From NCBI RefSeq assembly GCF_035650855.1, contig NZ_DASRGV010000061.1:299-64298 (forward strand): 64,000 nt of DNA, read 5' to 3'. Origin of the DNA: Actinocrinis sp. (GTDB lineage Bacteria > Actinomycetota > Actinomycetes > Streptomycetales > Catenulisporaceae). The notes below the pieces were generated by a model that saw only the letters and a list, made by a program, of their open reading frames with translations, was not told the origin of the DNA and searched no databases. The translations under genes were made by a program, and so were the position numbers. Numbering within the stretch: position 1 is the first letter of the stretch; every line of letters begins with the position of its first letter. Below are positions 29,443 to 38,345 of this stretch, in pieces.

Positions 29443-30006
29443 ATGGGCATCGATCCCATCGAAGGCGACGCCGTTCGCGCAGGTACGGTGCAACGTCTCG
29501 CCGGTGTGGGTGGTCGCAGGGCGGTGCAAAAGCGGCTCCAGGTGTATCTGAACGACCACCTGATGGGCGCGGCGGCGAATGTGCAGCTGGCGCTGCGTAC
29601 CGCAGGCGCGCAGCGCGGTACGCCGCTCGGCCGTGAGCTGGATGCGATCGCCGCGCAGATCAGCGACGACTACGCGGCGCTGGTCGAGGTCATGCGCTCG
29701 GTCGGCGTGACGCCGCGCCGCAGCTTCGCCTGGCTCGGCCGGCTCGGCGAACGGCTCGGGCGGCTCAAGCTCAACGGCCGGGTGGTGCGCGGCTCCCAGC
29801 TGAGCACCCTCGTGGAACTGGAGGCGCTGCGGCTCGGCGTGCTCGGCAAGCTGCAGGGCTGGCGATCGCTCTCCGTCGCCGCGCAACGCGATCCGCGGCT
29901 GGACCGCGACCGGCTGCGCGCGCTGGAGGACGCGGCCGCCCGCCAGGCCGAAGCCCTCGCGGGGATCTGCCTGGCGGCGGCCGTGCTGCTGGGCCCGGCC
30001 GGCTGA
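29443..30006 (+). CDS. Conserved actinobacterial hypothetical protein (helical, ferritin-like pattern)
   Basis: GGGAGG RBS; VYLNDHL, GRLKLNGR and LSTLVELEALRLGV.GK...W pattern. Confidence 0.7.
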   Translation: MGIDPIEGDAVRAGTVQRLAGVGGRRAVQKRLQVYLNDHLMGAAANVQLALRTAGAQRGTPLGRELDAIAAQISDDYAALVEVMRSVGVTPRRSFAWLGRLGERLGRLKLNGRVVRGSQLSTLVELEALRLGVLGKLQGWRSLSVAAQRDPRLDRDRLRALEDAAARQAEALAGICLAAAVLLGPAG

Positions 30007-30105
30007 CGCCGGACCAAGTTTCGCAAGTCCCCGTGATGATGTTCGAGCCCGAGTTACGCTGAAGTCGGCTTCCTTGGCCACGTGGCTCAAGGAGGGGGGA
30101 CCGAC

Positions 30106-31398
30106 ATGAGCATCGTGGCTCAACCTGGACCGGAACCGGCTGCCGAGTCGGCCGGCGGAAGCAGCAGCGGAGGTTCTGCCAGGCCGCCCGCGGCCGGCGG
30201 CGGCAGCGGCGGCTTCTTCGGCTGGCTGCGCCGCCTCCTGCTTCGGCTGCTGGCGCGGCGGCTTTGTAACCTCACGGGCTTCGTGCCGACGGAAACCGCA
30301 CGAACGACTGCCGTGCAACGCGCGCGCGAGGTGAGGGCCTGGCTCAGCGACGGCTACGGCGAGTTCGTGCAGTACCCGCCCGGTGCACCGCGCAGCGAGC
30401 GAGAACCGCGTGAGCGGGATACCGGGCATCGCGTGGCATTGGAGTGGCAACTGGCCAGACCGGAGCTCACGCTGCTGGGCCGGGCTTGCGACGCCGTCGA
30501 CGCGTTCGTCCGCAGTGCGGAGCCACCGGAAGCTGAGGCGACCGCCGACGATCCCCTCCGGCCGACTGTGACCTTGCGGCGTCTGCCTCGGCTGGTTCGC
30601 CTGGTCAGTCGCACCGCGTACCCGTGGCGAGTCCTCGTCGAAAGTAACCGACCGGACGAAATGCGCGCCCTGCTGAAAGGCATCCCGCAATGGTGGGGCA
30701 TCGCGGTGCACGTTCAGGAAGGCCGGCCGCTTGAAAGGCTCGGATGCAAAGCGCTCGGCGGGCGTGAAGGCGTGGTCGGGGGCTACATCACAACACCTTC
30801 CGGAGACTTCGGCCTTACCTGCGGCCATGTGCTCGGACCGGCGTGTGTGTCGGCGTACCGCAGGTTCCTGCCGAGCCGGGATCGCTGGGCTCCCGATGCG
30901 GCGCTGGTGCAGATGGGCGGCTGTTTCTCCGCCCCGGCGTCACGGGCGCAGGTGGCGAGCCCGGGCTGGGGCCGGGTGTCCGAACTGGTGCTGGACCACG
31001 CTGTCGCCGAGTTCACCAACCATCGCGGCAAAAGGATGGCAGGGTACGTATGCTCTGCGAGCCTCTACGCATCGGACACCGAAGGGGCGATCCGTTTCCC
31101 CACGATCCATATCTCCCGGGAGCGTACGCGTTACTTCGGGGTGGCCTGGCCGCCGTTCAAGGGCGCGTTCAGCGTTTCCGGGGATTCGGGATCATGGGTC
31201 TCGACGGTCATGGACGGGGAGAAGCGGTGGCTGGGCATGATTGTCAGCGGCAGCAAGAAGGGATCAGCTGCCCACGACGCGTCAGCCTTGCTGCGTTGGC
31301 TCGAACTCGAGCTGTCGGGCGCCATGCCGCAACCAGAAGACGAGACCTGGTTCAAGCACGGCCCGATGCAACCTTTCCTAGCCGAAGCGAACCTGTGA
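30106..31398 (+). CDS. Protein with a C-terminal trypsin-like (S1/NAL1-like) serine protease domain
   Basis: Catalytic triad in order: LTCGHV (His), DAALV (Asp), SGDSGS (Ser), then WLGMIVSG; strong RBS; atypical codon usage. Confidence 0.75.
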   Translation: MSIVAQPGPEPAAESAGGSSSGGSARPPAAGGGSGGFFGWLRRLLLRLLARRLCNLTGFVPTETARTTAVQRAREVRAWLSDGYGEFVQYPPGAPRSEREPRERDTGHRVALEWQLARPELTLLGRACDAVDAFVRSAEPPEAEATADDPLRPTVTLRRLPRLVRLVSRTAYPWRVLVESNRPDEMRALLKGIPQWWGIAVHVQEGRPLERLGCKALGGREGVVGGYITTPSGDFGLTCGHVLGPACVSAYRRFLPSRDRWAPDAALVQMGGCFSAPASRAQVASPGWGRVSELVLDHAVAEFTNHRGKRMAGYVCSASLYASDTEGAIRFPTIHISRERTRYFGVAWPPFKGAFSVSGDSGSWVSTVMDGEKRWLGMIVSGSKKGSAAHDASALLRWLELELSGAMPQPEDETWFKHGPMQPFLAEANL

Positions 31399-31399
31399 G

Positions 31400-31858
31400 G
31401 TGACCGTGGCCGGCACGACCGACTTCGTTACGAATCAAAGCATCGGCACTTTTGCCGGCGCGACCACCACGGTGTGGGTGGTCGGCAATACCGTGCGGCT
31501 CGCCGTTCGCCGTGACTGGCCCTTGTTTCCGCTGGCCACGGGCCTCGGCGTGGCGTTCGTGCTGGCCGGCACGGCGCATCAGCTGCACACGCCCCTGGAC
31601 TACCTGCTGGCCGTCCTCAACGGCTGCCTGCTGTTTCTCACCGCGACCGGTGTGCAGCAGGCAACCCTCGCCGAGGTGAAGAGCAGCGAAGGCTCCCGAC
31701 GTCAGGGCAAGGGGCGCGTGAGTTGGTGGGCGCCTTGGATCCCGACTCGCGGTGCGCAGCCGGGTGAGTCCGCGCCGACCCCGCCGGCATCGGCTGCCGC
31801 CGCGCCGGCCGCGCAGGCCTCCACGACCGCGCCGACCAGGACGCCGAGCGAGTCGTGA
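31400..31858 (+). CDS. Small 3-TM membrane protein with an Ala/Pro-rich tail (holin-like pattern)
   Basis: Starts 1 nt after the protease stop; DFVTNQSIGTFAGATTTVWVV, three hydrophobic helices, then a basic and low-complexity tail. Confidence 0.65.
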   Translation: MTVAGTTDFVTNQSIGTFAGATTTVWVVGNTVRLAVRRDWPLFPLATGLGVAFVLAGTAHQLHTPLDYLLAVLNGCLLFLTATGVQQATLAEVKSSEGSRRQGKGRVSWWAPWIPTRGAQPGESAPTPPASAAAAPAAQASTTAPTRTPSES

Positions 31859-31933
31859 CGGCTCCGCCGGACCACCCACATCCCGCAGTGGTCCGGCGGA
31901 CGCTGTTCCACGATTCCGCGGCTGCTTCCGCGG

Positions 31934-34900
31934 TCAGCCGCCCTGCTGCTGCGCGGTGAGCAGCTGCAGTTCGGCAGCGGAGGCGTAGAGGTCAACCGGG
32001 CCGGGATTGGCCGTGCGGACCTGCACGTGGGTGTCGTCGGCCGCCGAGGGCACCACACCCTGCACGGTGAGGGTCTGTGGTGTGTCGGAGAGCTGGACCG
32101 TCGCGCTGGTCAGGTCCTGCTGGCCGTTCCAGAAGTCGACGTAGACCACGCCGGTGCCCTGCAGCGTGACCGAGGCCTGATAGCTCTGGCCGGCCGGCGG
32201 CCGACTCGCGGGATCGACCCAGATCCACGTGTTCGACCCGGCGTCGGCCTCGGTCCAGTGGATCGCGCTGGCGCCTTGCGGCGTGGTGGCCGCGGCGAGG
32301 CTGCCCGGGACCGAGCCCACGCCGTTCTCCACCGGCCCCTGCCAGTTCAGCTGTCCTGTGGGGGCGTCGCCGAGCAGGTTCGGCCCGGTCGGCACCAGGA
32401 TCGTCGGCTGGCGGCCGGGCGGGAACTGCAGCGGGCCGGAGGGGTAGGAGGGCGGTGCGTCCGCCGCGGCCGCGCCCCAGGCCGTGTCAGGGGTCGAGGT
32501 CATGGCGTAGTCGAGGCGGGTGACCCGGCTGCCGACGAGCTGGTTCTCGTCGAGCCACACCGGGGCCCGGGTCCTGCCGTTCACCGACAGCTTGTGTACA
32601 TACGTGCTCGTTGACGCACCCGGAGCGTTCATGACGACCTGGTGGCCGCCCTGAAGCGCGATCGTGGCCTTCGGGAAGATCGGCGCGCCGAGGGCCAGCG
32701 CCGGCGAGCCCGGGGTCTCCGGGTACATGCCGAGCGCGGACCACACGAACCAGGAGCTCATCGCGCCCAGGTCGTCATTGCCCGGCTCGCCGCCGGGGGA
32801 GTCGGCGTACACCTCCGTCAGCATTCTGTGCACGATGGCCTCGGACTTGTACGGCGCCCCGGCGTAGTCGTAGATCCACGGCGTGCCGAACGAGGGCTCG
32901 TTGCCCGCCCATTCGTACGGGAGGTTCGGGCCCGCGTTGAGCTGCTGGAAGAAGCTGTCCAGCCGGGTGATCGCCGCCGCGTCGCCGCCTATCGCGGTGA
33001 TCAGGCCACTGAGGTTCTGCGGGACCACCCAGGTGTACTGCGCCGCGTTGCTCTCCTGGAACCCGGACTGGCCGAAGCTGCCCATCCCGTCGGTCGTCGG
33101 ATCGAACTCGGGGAACTGGCCGTTCCCGTCGCGCGGCTGGATGTAGCCGGTGTCGACGTTGAACAGGTTGGTCCAGTCCTGCGAGCGCTGAAGGTACGTC
33201 GCGGCGGTCGCGTCCTGGCCGAGGGACTTGGCCAGCTGCGCGATGCCGAAGTCCGCGATGGCGTATTCGATCGTCTCCGACGCGCCGTTGTTCGTCGGCG
33301 AGAGGGAGCTCTCGGTGGTGTTCGGCACGTAGCCGAGCGACATGTAGTCGGCCAGTTGCGGCCGCTCGGTGTACGTGCCCTGACCCAGTTGGCTCTGCGT
33401 CGGCACGACCGAGGCGCCCTTGACCATCGCGGCCAGCGCGGCGCGCGCGTCGAAGTCTCGGGCGCCGAAGGCGTAGGCCTCGGCGAGGATCGGGTCCGCG
33501 GCGTCACCGTTCATGACGTCCGTGTAGTCGTTGGCGAAGCCCCACTTGGGCAGCCAGCCGCCCTGCGCCTGGTCGTTGAGCAGCGAGGTCATCATCTGGC
33601 TGGTCTGCTCCGGCGCGATGAGCGCGAGCAGCGGTATCTCCGAGCGGTAGACGTCCCAGCCGGAGAAGTTCGCGTATTGGACCTGGCCGTGCGACGTGCG
33701 GTGAGTCTGGTTGTCGAACCCGAGATAGTCGCCGTTGACGTCGGAGAAGACGCTCGGTTCGAGCAGCGTGTGGTAGAGGGCTGAGTAGAACTCAGTGCGC
33801 TGAGCGGCCGTGCCGCCGCCGATGCGGATCCGGCTGAGCAGGTCGTTCCACTTGGCGTAGGTCTGCCGGCTGACGGCACCGACGCTCCAGCCCGGGTCCT
33901 CGGCCTTGAGGTTGGCGGTCGCGTCGGCCTGGCTGACATAGGAGATCGCGACCTTCATCGTCACGTCGCGGCGGGTCGTGGTGTCGAAGCCGGCCCACGC
34001 GCCGGACTGCAGACCCTGCGTGCCCGTGATCTGAGGGCTGGTGGTCCGTGTGCTCGGGATCTGCGGACGGCGCACCGAGGAGCCCTCGACCTTGACAGAG
34101 GCCTGCGTCGAGCCGGAGGTCACCACCACCGACTCCTGGCGCAGCGAGACCGCGGAGGCCACCAGGTCGACCGGTCCGGCCGCGGCGGTGCGGACCTGGA
34201 ACTGCGGGTCGCGGATCGAACCGGTGGGTACCGCGGCGTCCACGGTCAGCGTCACCGGCGTCGAGCTGAGGGTGACCGGCTGGCTACCGACGTCCACCTG
34301 CCCGTTGTAGAAGTCGAGGTACACGGTGCCGGCGCCCTGGAGCGTGACGCTGGCTTCGTAGCTCGCGCCCTGCGTCAAAGCCGGGGGAGTGGCCTGGATC
34401 CAGGTGTTGGCAAGCGCGTTGCCCTGCTGCCAGGCGACGGCGCTTTGGCCGTCCGGGGCCGCGGTCGGGCTGATGGTGGCCGCGGTGCCGCCGGCGCTGA
34501 TCTCGTGGTAGCTCCACGGCAGGTCGCCGGTCGGCTGGGTGAAGACGTTCGCGCCCGTGGGCGCGGTGTGCCAGGTCCCGTAGGAGGAGAAGGGACGGGA
34601 GAAGGTCGCGACGAAGTGCAGCGGATACGTACCCGGCGAGCCGCAGAACTGCCCGGCCGTCTCGGTGCCGGCGATCTGGTGGTCGTTGAGGATCTGCACG
34701 TCGGCCGCCACGTTGCCGGACTGGGCGTCACCCATCTTGAACAGCACGTTCGAGGACTTACTCGCCGGATAGCCGAACTTGGCGATCCCGGTGCGCGCCG
34801 TGGCCGCCAGGTCGGACTGGATCGCGTTGGCGGTGCCCGGATTCAGCGTCACGGAGTACGAACCCGGGGTCGCGTGCTCGCTGCTGTGACTGAACGCTGC

Positions 34901-35329
34901 CGTGGTGTCGACCGGGTCGGTTCCGATCGCCCCGACGGTCGGCAGGATCGGCACGTCGCCGAAGGCGCCGCAGCCGGGGCCGGACATGTGGGTGAGGCTG
35001 AAGCCGGTGACGGACGAGTCGGCGTAGTTGTAGCCGCCGCCGTCCGGGCGCGACGGCGTGTCCGGGCTGAAGGTCAGCATGCCGAAGGGGGCCGAGGCGC
35101 CGGGGAAGGTGTCCACCTGGCCGACGGTCGCGCCCCCGGAGCCGGTGCCGATGAGCGGATCGACCAGCGCGGCGGGATCGCCGACGAGGGCGTTCCCGGC
35201 CGCGCTGTCCGAACCCTGAATCGCGGTCTGCGCGTGGGCTGCACCGCCGCCTGTTGCGATCAGTCCCGCGCACGCGGCCGCCACCACCGCGGTGCGCAGC
35301 CGTCCTGCCTGTCCTGGGCGATAGAGCAT
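31934..35329 (-). CDS. Secreted GH92 alpha-mannosidase with two copies of an accessory beta-sandwich domain
   Basis: VDPLIGT, FPGA..PFGM..FSPDT, GFSLTHMSGPGC, FSGWDVYRS, GWLPKW, SETIEY, ESNAAQYTW, GNEPSF and GNDDLGAMSSW motifs. Confidence 0.92.
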   Translation of the reverse strand: MLYRPGQAGRLRTAVVAAACAGLIATGGGAAHAQTAIQGSDSAAGNALVGDPAALVDPLIGTGSGGATVGQVDTFPGASAPFGMLTFSPDTPSRPDGGGYNYADSSVTGFSLTHMSGPGCGAFGDVPILPTVGAIGTDPVDTTAAFSHSSEHATPGSYSVTLNPGTANAIQSDLAATARTGIAKFGYPASKSSNVLFKMGDAQSGNVAADVQILNDHQIAGTETAGQFCGSPGTYPLHFVATFSRPFSSYGTWHTAPTGANVFTQPTGDLPWSYHEISAGGTAATISPTAAPDGQSAVAWQQGNALANTWIQATPPALTQGASYEASVTLQGAGTVYLDFYNGQVDVGSQPVTLSSTPVTLTVDAAVPTGSIRDPQFQVRTAAAGPVDLVASAVSLRQESVVVTSGSTQASVKVEGSSVRRPQIPSTRTTSPQITGTQGLQSGAWAGFDTTTRRDVTMKVAISYVSQADATANLKAEDPGWSVGAVSRQTYAKWNDLLSRIRIGGGTAAQRTEFYSALYHTLLEPSVFSDVNGDYLGFDNQTHRTSHGQVQYANFSGWDVYRSEIPLLALIAPEQTSQMMTSLLNDQAQGGWLPKWGFANDYTDVMNGDAADPILAEAYAFGARDFDARAALAAMVKGASVVPTQSQLGQGTYTERPQLADYMSLGYVPNTTESSLSPTNNGASETIEYAIADFGIAQLAKSLGQDATAATYLQRSQDWTNLFNVDTGYIQPRDGNGQFPEFDPTTDGMGSFGQSGFQESNAAQYTWVVPQNLSGLITAIGGDAAAITRLDSFFQQLNAGPNLPYEWAGNEPSFGTPWIYDYAGAPYKSEAIVHRMLTEVYADSPGGEPGNDDLGAMSSWFVWSALGMYPETPGSPALALGAPIFPKATIALQGGHQVVMNAPGASTSTYVHKLSVNGRTRAPVWLDENQLVGSRVTRLDYAMTSTPDTAWGAAAADAPPSYPSGPLQFPPGRQPTILVPTGPNLLGDAPTGQLNWQGPVENGVGSVPGSLAAATTPQGASAIHWTEADAGSNTWIWVDPASRPPAGQSYQASVTLQGTGVVYVDFWNGQQDLTSATVQLSDTPQTLTVQGVVPSAADDTHVQVRTANPGPVDLYASAAELQLLTAQQQGG

Positions 35330-35361
35330 TCGGGACGACCTCCCGGTGTTGTTCGGCAGCA

Positions 35362-35392
35362 TGACAACGTTGTCAGAGCTTTCAACGTTGTA
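35362..35392. promoter_or_regulatory. LacI-type operator TGACAACGTTGTCA plus an adjacent degenerate copy (core CAACGTTG) upstream of GH92
   Basis: Perfect 14-bp palindrome at 35362-35375; second core at 35383-35390; 33 bp upstream of the ATG. Confidence 0.75.
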
Positions 35393-35483
35393 CCGGATCA
35401 GTCGCCGCCGGCGCAAGAGGTGGGCAGTGGCTCCTGGCAATCGACGATTGCCAGGAGCCACGGTCCGAATACGGGCTATGACG

Positions 35484-38090
35484 TCACGGCGTCGGACCAG
35501 GCGTCGCCGTGACTGACGCCGGGGCGCTCGATCCGACGGCGTTGTCCGCGGTGATCTGGAACGTGTACGCGGTGCCGTTAGTCAGACCACTGACCACCGT
35601 GTACAGGCCGTTTCCGCTGCCCGCCCACAGGAAGTCGTGCCCTGTCACGTGAACGGGCGCGATGCCCGGCGCGGTGATCGTGTAGCCGATGATCGGTGTC
35701 GCTCCGGTGCTGGCCGGGGGAGTGAAGTGGATGCTGACCGTGCCGTCGCCGGGATCGGCGCTGGCCGAGGTCGGCGCACCGGGCACGGCCGTCGTCGTCA
35801 CTGCGGGCGTCACGGCGGCGCTCGGCAGTGAGGGGGCGCTGTCGCCGATCCAGTTGTGCGCGGTGACGGTGAACGTGTACGGGGTTCCGTTCGTCAGGCC
35901 GCTGATGGTGGTGTACCCGATCTTGGCGAGGTCGGCCGGCGAGATCGTCGCGCTCGCGCCGCCGGGAGAGGCCGTGACCGTGTACGAGGTGACCGGCAGC
36001 CCGTTGTCGACGAAGGTCGGGTTCCAGCCGACGTACCCGGTGCCGTTCGCGGCGAACGCGGCCACCTGCCCCGGCGCCTCGGGGACGCTGGCGCCGAAGC
36101 GCTCGGCCAGGATCCACCGGTAGCGCGGCTCGAGCCCCGCGGCGCGCACGATCGACGCAGGAGCCTGCGAAACGCTCTGGATCACGTGGTTGCCGGAGAC
36201 GACCGCGTTGCCGTCCGCCGAATCGCGGTCGCCCTGCCACCAGTAGTTGCCGCTCACCAGCAGGGGATCGGGGCCGCTGGCGCCGGGCCGGTAGTCGGTG
36301 TGCCGGGCGCCCCAGTCGTTCGACACGTTGCCGGTCAGCACGTTGCCGCTGGCCGTCCAGAAGGTGCAGCCGTTGTCGCAGTACATCGCGTGGCCGTTGT
36401 CCAGCGTGTCGGTGATGACGTTGCCGGTCAGGTGCTCGCCGGTGTCCATCGAGCTGCCGGTGATGCCCTGGGTGTAGATCCCGCCGCCGTCCGCGAGGAA
36501 CTGCATCGCGTCGGTGATGTAGTTGTCTGAGACGGTGTTGCCGTTCGAGTAGTTCGGCGTCGCCTGCACCTTGATCTTGTCCGGCCAGCCGCCCCAGCCG
36601 AGCGAGATCGCGGTGTACGCGGTGTGGTCGATCTGGTTGTGGCTGATCAGGGTGTGCTCGGCGTATCCGACGTCGATCGCCACGCCGCCGTGGTATTCGA
36701 CCGGCAGGCTGTAGAGGTGGTTGTCGAGCACCTGCACGCCCGAGGTGTGGTCGGCCTGCGCCGCCGGCTCGGGGATGTCCACGCCGCCGATCTCCAGCCC
36801 GTTGCCGGAGATGTCGGTGAATACGGAGCCTGCGACGGTGTCGTTCTGGGAGCCGTCGCCGAGGTCGAGGCCCGCGGCGCCGAGATGCACGAAGGCGTCG
36901 TTCTCGAAGCGGATGTCGCTGTCATAGCCGAAGCTGAGGTTGCCGGGCTCTTTGGTCCACGCGCCGTAGGGGCAGGTGCCGCCGGCGATGAACTGGCACA
37001 GGCCCTCCTGGTCGTAGCCGTGCGGCCCGGTGAGGGTGTAGTTCGCCTGGATCTCGTTGAAGCCCTCGCCGGTGTTCGGCGTGAGCCAGGTCGCGTAGGA
37101 GAACTGGATGCCGGAGAACGTGATGTCGTGCACGGGTGCGGTCGTAGTGCCCTGACCGACCACGAGCTGTTGCAGCACCGGCGCCTCGACGTCGGACCAG
37201 CGCAGGTTCTGCCCGGCGCGCGGAATGTAGTAGACGGTGTCGGCCGACCGGTCCAGGTACCACTCGCCCGGCTGGTCCAGCAGCTCGTAGGCGTTGTCGA
37301 CGTAGGCGGGGATCGAGCCGTTGCCGAGATTGCCGTTGTGCACCAGGTTGTAGCTGCGGCCGGAGCCGTCGGTGCGCTGGATGCGCAGCGTGGAGTTGTT
37401 CCAGCAGGGCTGCGCCATGCTGATGCCGGTGCCGGAGATCGCGGCCACCGGGCAGCGCGGCTCGGTCCAGGCGCCCTCGCCGCCGGTCTTCAGCGACCAG
37501 TAGGGCGCGCCGCCGCTGTATACGAACTCGATATCGCTCGGGTTGCGCCAGCTCGCCATCGCGTCCGAGTCGGCGGTATAGCCCGAGGTGGTCTTCGTCA
37601 GGTGCACCGGCAGCGGCCCGCTGGCCCGATCGGCGCGCACGCCGTCGACGTAGAGCTGGCGCGTCTGCAGCCCGGCGGGAGCGGGCGCGGACCAGATGTT
37701 CTTCGACGGATCTGACTGGTGCCAGCCGGTGATCCGCTCGCCGCCGCTGAGCACGGGCCTGGCTCCGGGCGCGGCAGCCCACACGACGCTGTGGCCGTTG
37801 GTCCCGGAGTCGCGCGCGTCGAGTTGAAGCGGGGCCGACAGCCGGTAGGTGCCGCCGAATAGCTCGACCCTGATATCCGAGCGCATGTCTTGGTCGAGGG
37901 CGCGCACGCGGATCTGCGCGGCGTCGATCGAGCAGGGCTGCCAAAGCGCACAGGATGAGCCGGAGCCTTCGGGCGAGGCGAACAGTATCGTCGCGGGCGC
38001 GGTGGCCGTAGCCGCACTGGCGGCAGGGGATAGAGAAGCCGCGGCCAGCAACGCCGCGGCCGCGAGAGTCAAGGAGCGGGACAAGGGCAT
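35484..38090 (-). CDS. Secreted right-handed beta-helix protein (GH141-like) with two C-terminal fibronectin III domains
   Basis: Signal peptide; GGTYRL, PVLSGGERITGW, RQLYVDG and NAYELLDQPGEWY; beta-helix repeats; 2x Fn3 (YTVTASPGG...GLTNGTPYTFTVTA.N). Confidence 0.8.
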   Translation of the reverse strand: MPLSRSLTLAAAALLAAASLSPAASAATATAPATILFASPEGSGSSCALWQPCSIDAAQIRVRALDQDMRSDIRVELFGGTYRLSAPLQLDARDSGTNGHSVVWAAAPGARPVLSGGERITGWHQSDPSKNIWSAPAPAGLQTRQLYVDGVRADRASGPLPVHLTKTTSGYTADSDAMASWRNPSDIEFVYSGGAPYWSLKTGGEGAWTEPRCPVAAISGTGISMAQPCWNNSTLRIQRTDGSGRSYNLVHNGNLGNGSIPAYVDNAYELLDQPGEWYLDRSADTVYYIPRAGQNLRWSDVEAPVLQQLVVGQGTTTAPVHDITFSGIQFSYATWLTPNTGEGFNEIQANYTLTGPHGYDQEGLCQFIAGGTCPYGAWTKEPGNLSFGYDSDIRFENDAFVHLGAAGLDLGDGSQNDTVAGSVFTDISGNGLEIGGVDIPEPAAQADHTSGVQVLDNHLYSLPVEYHGGVAIDVGYAEHTLISHNQIDHTAYTAISLGWGGWPDKIKVQATPNYSNGNTVSDNYITDAMQFLADGGGIYTQGITGSSMDTGEHLTGNVITDTLDNGHAMYCDNGCTFWTASGNVLTGNVSNDWGARHTDYRPGASGPDPLLVSGNYWWQGDRDSADGNAVVSGNHVIQSVSQAPASIVRAAGLEPRYRWILAERFGASVPEAPGQVAAFAANGTGYVGWNPTFVDNGLPVTSYTVTASPGGASATISPADLAKIGYTTISGLTNGTPYTFTVTAHNWIGDSAPSLPSAAVTPAVTTTAVPGAPTSASADPGDGTVSIHFTPPASTGATPIIGYTITAPGIAPVHVTGHDFLWAGSGNGLYTVVSGLTNGTAYTFQITADNAVGSSAPASVTATPGPTP

Positions 38091-38148
38091 ACGTTTCCTC
38101 CACGGCGCCCGCGCCGGGCAGAGCAGCGCGCGGGAGCCATCACGACAT

Positions 38149-38159
38149 ACATCGGATGT
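38149..38159. promoter_or_regulatory. Palindromic motif ACATC-G-GATGT upstream of the beta-helix gene
   Basis: Identical to 25624-25634; 59 bp upstream of the ATG. Confidence 0.55.
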
Positions 38160-38345
38160 GTGGCGCCGGTAGGGACCGTATGGGCCGTTAGCTCCCTTGT
38201 CAATCTCCCTAACAAAGGCGATTCATAGGATCTATGCCGTTCGCCGATTCGCCCTGCTCGTAGGGTTGCCATCCCGTGATCGACCGTTACGGTGGTCGGG
38301 TGAGCAAGAACCCTCAGTGAACCTGTCGGGCATAAGGGAGCGAAG

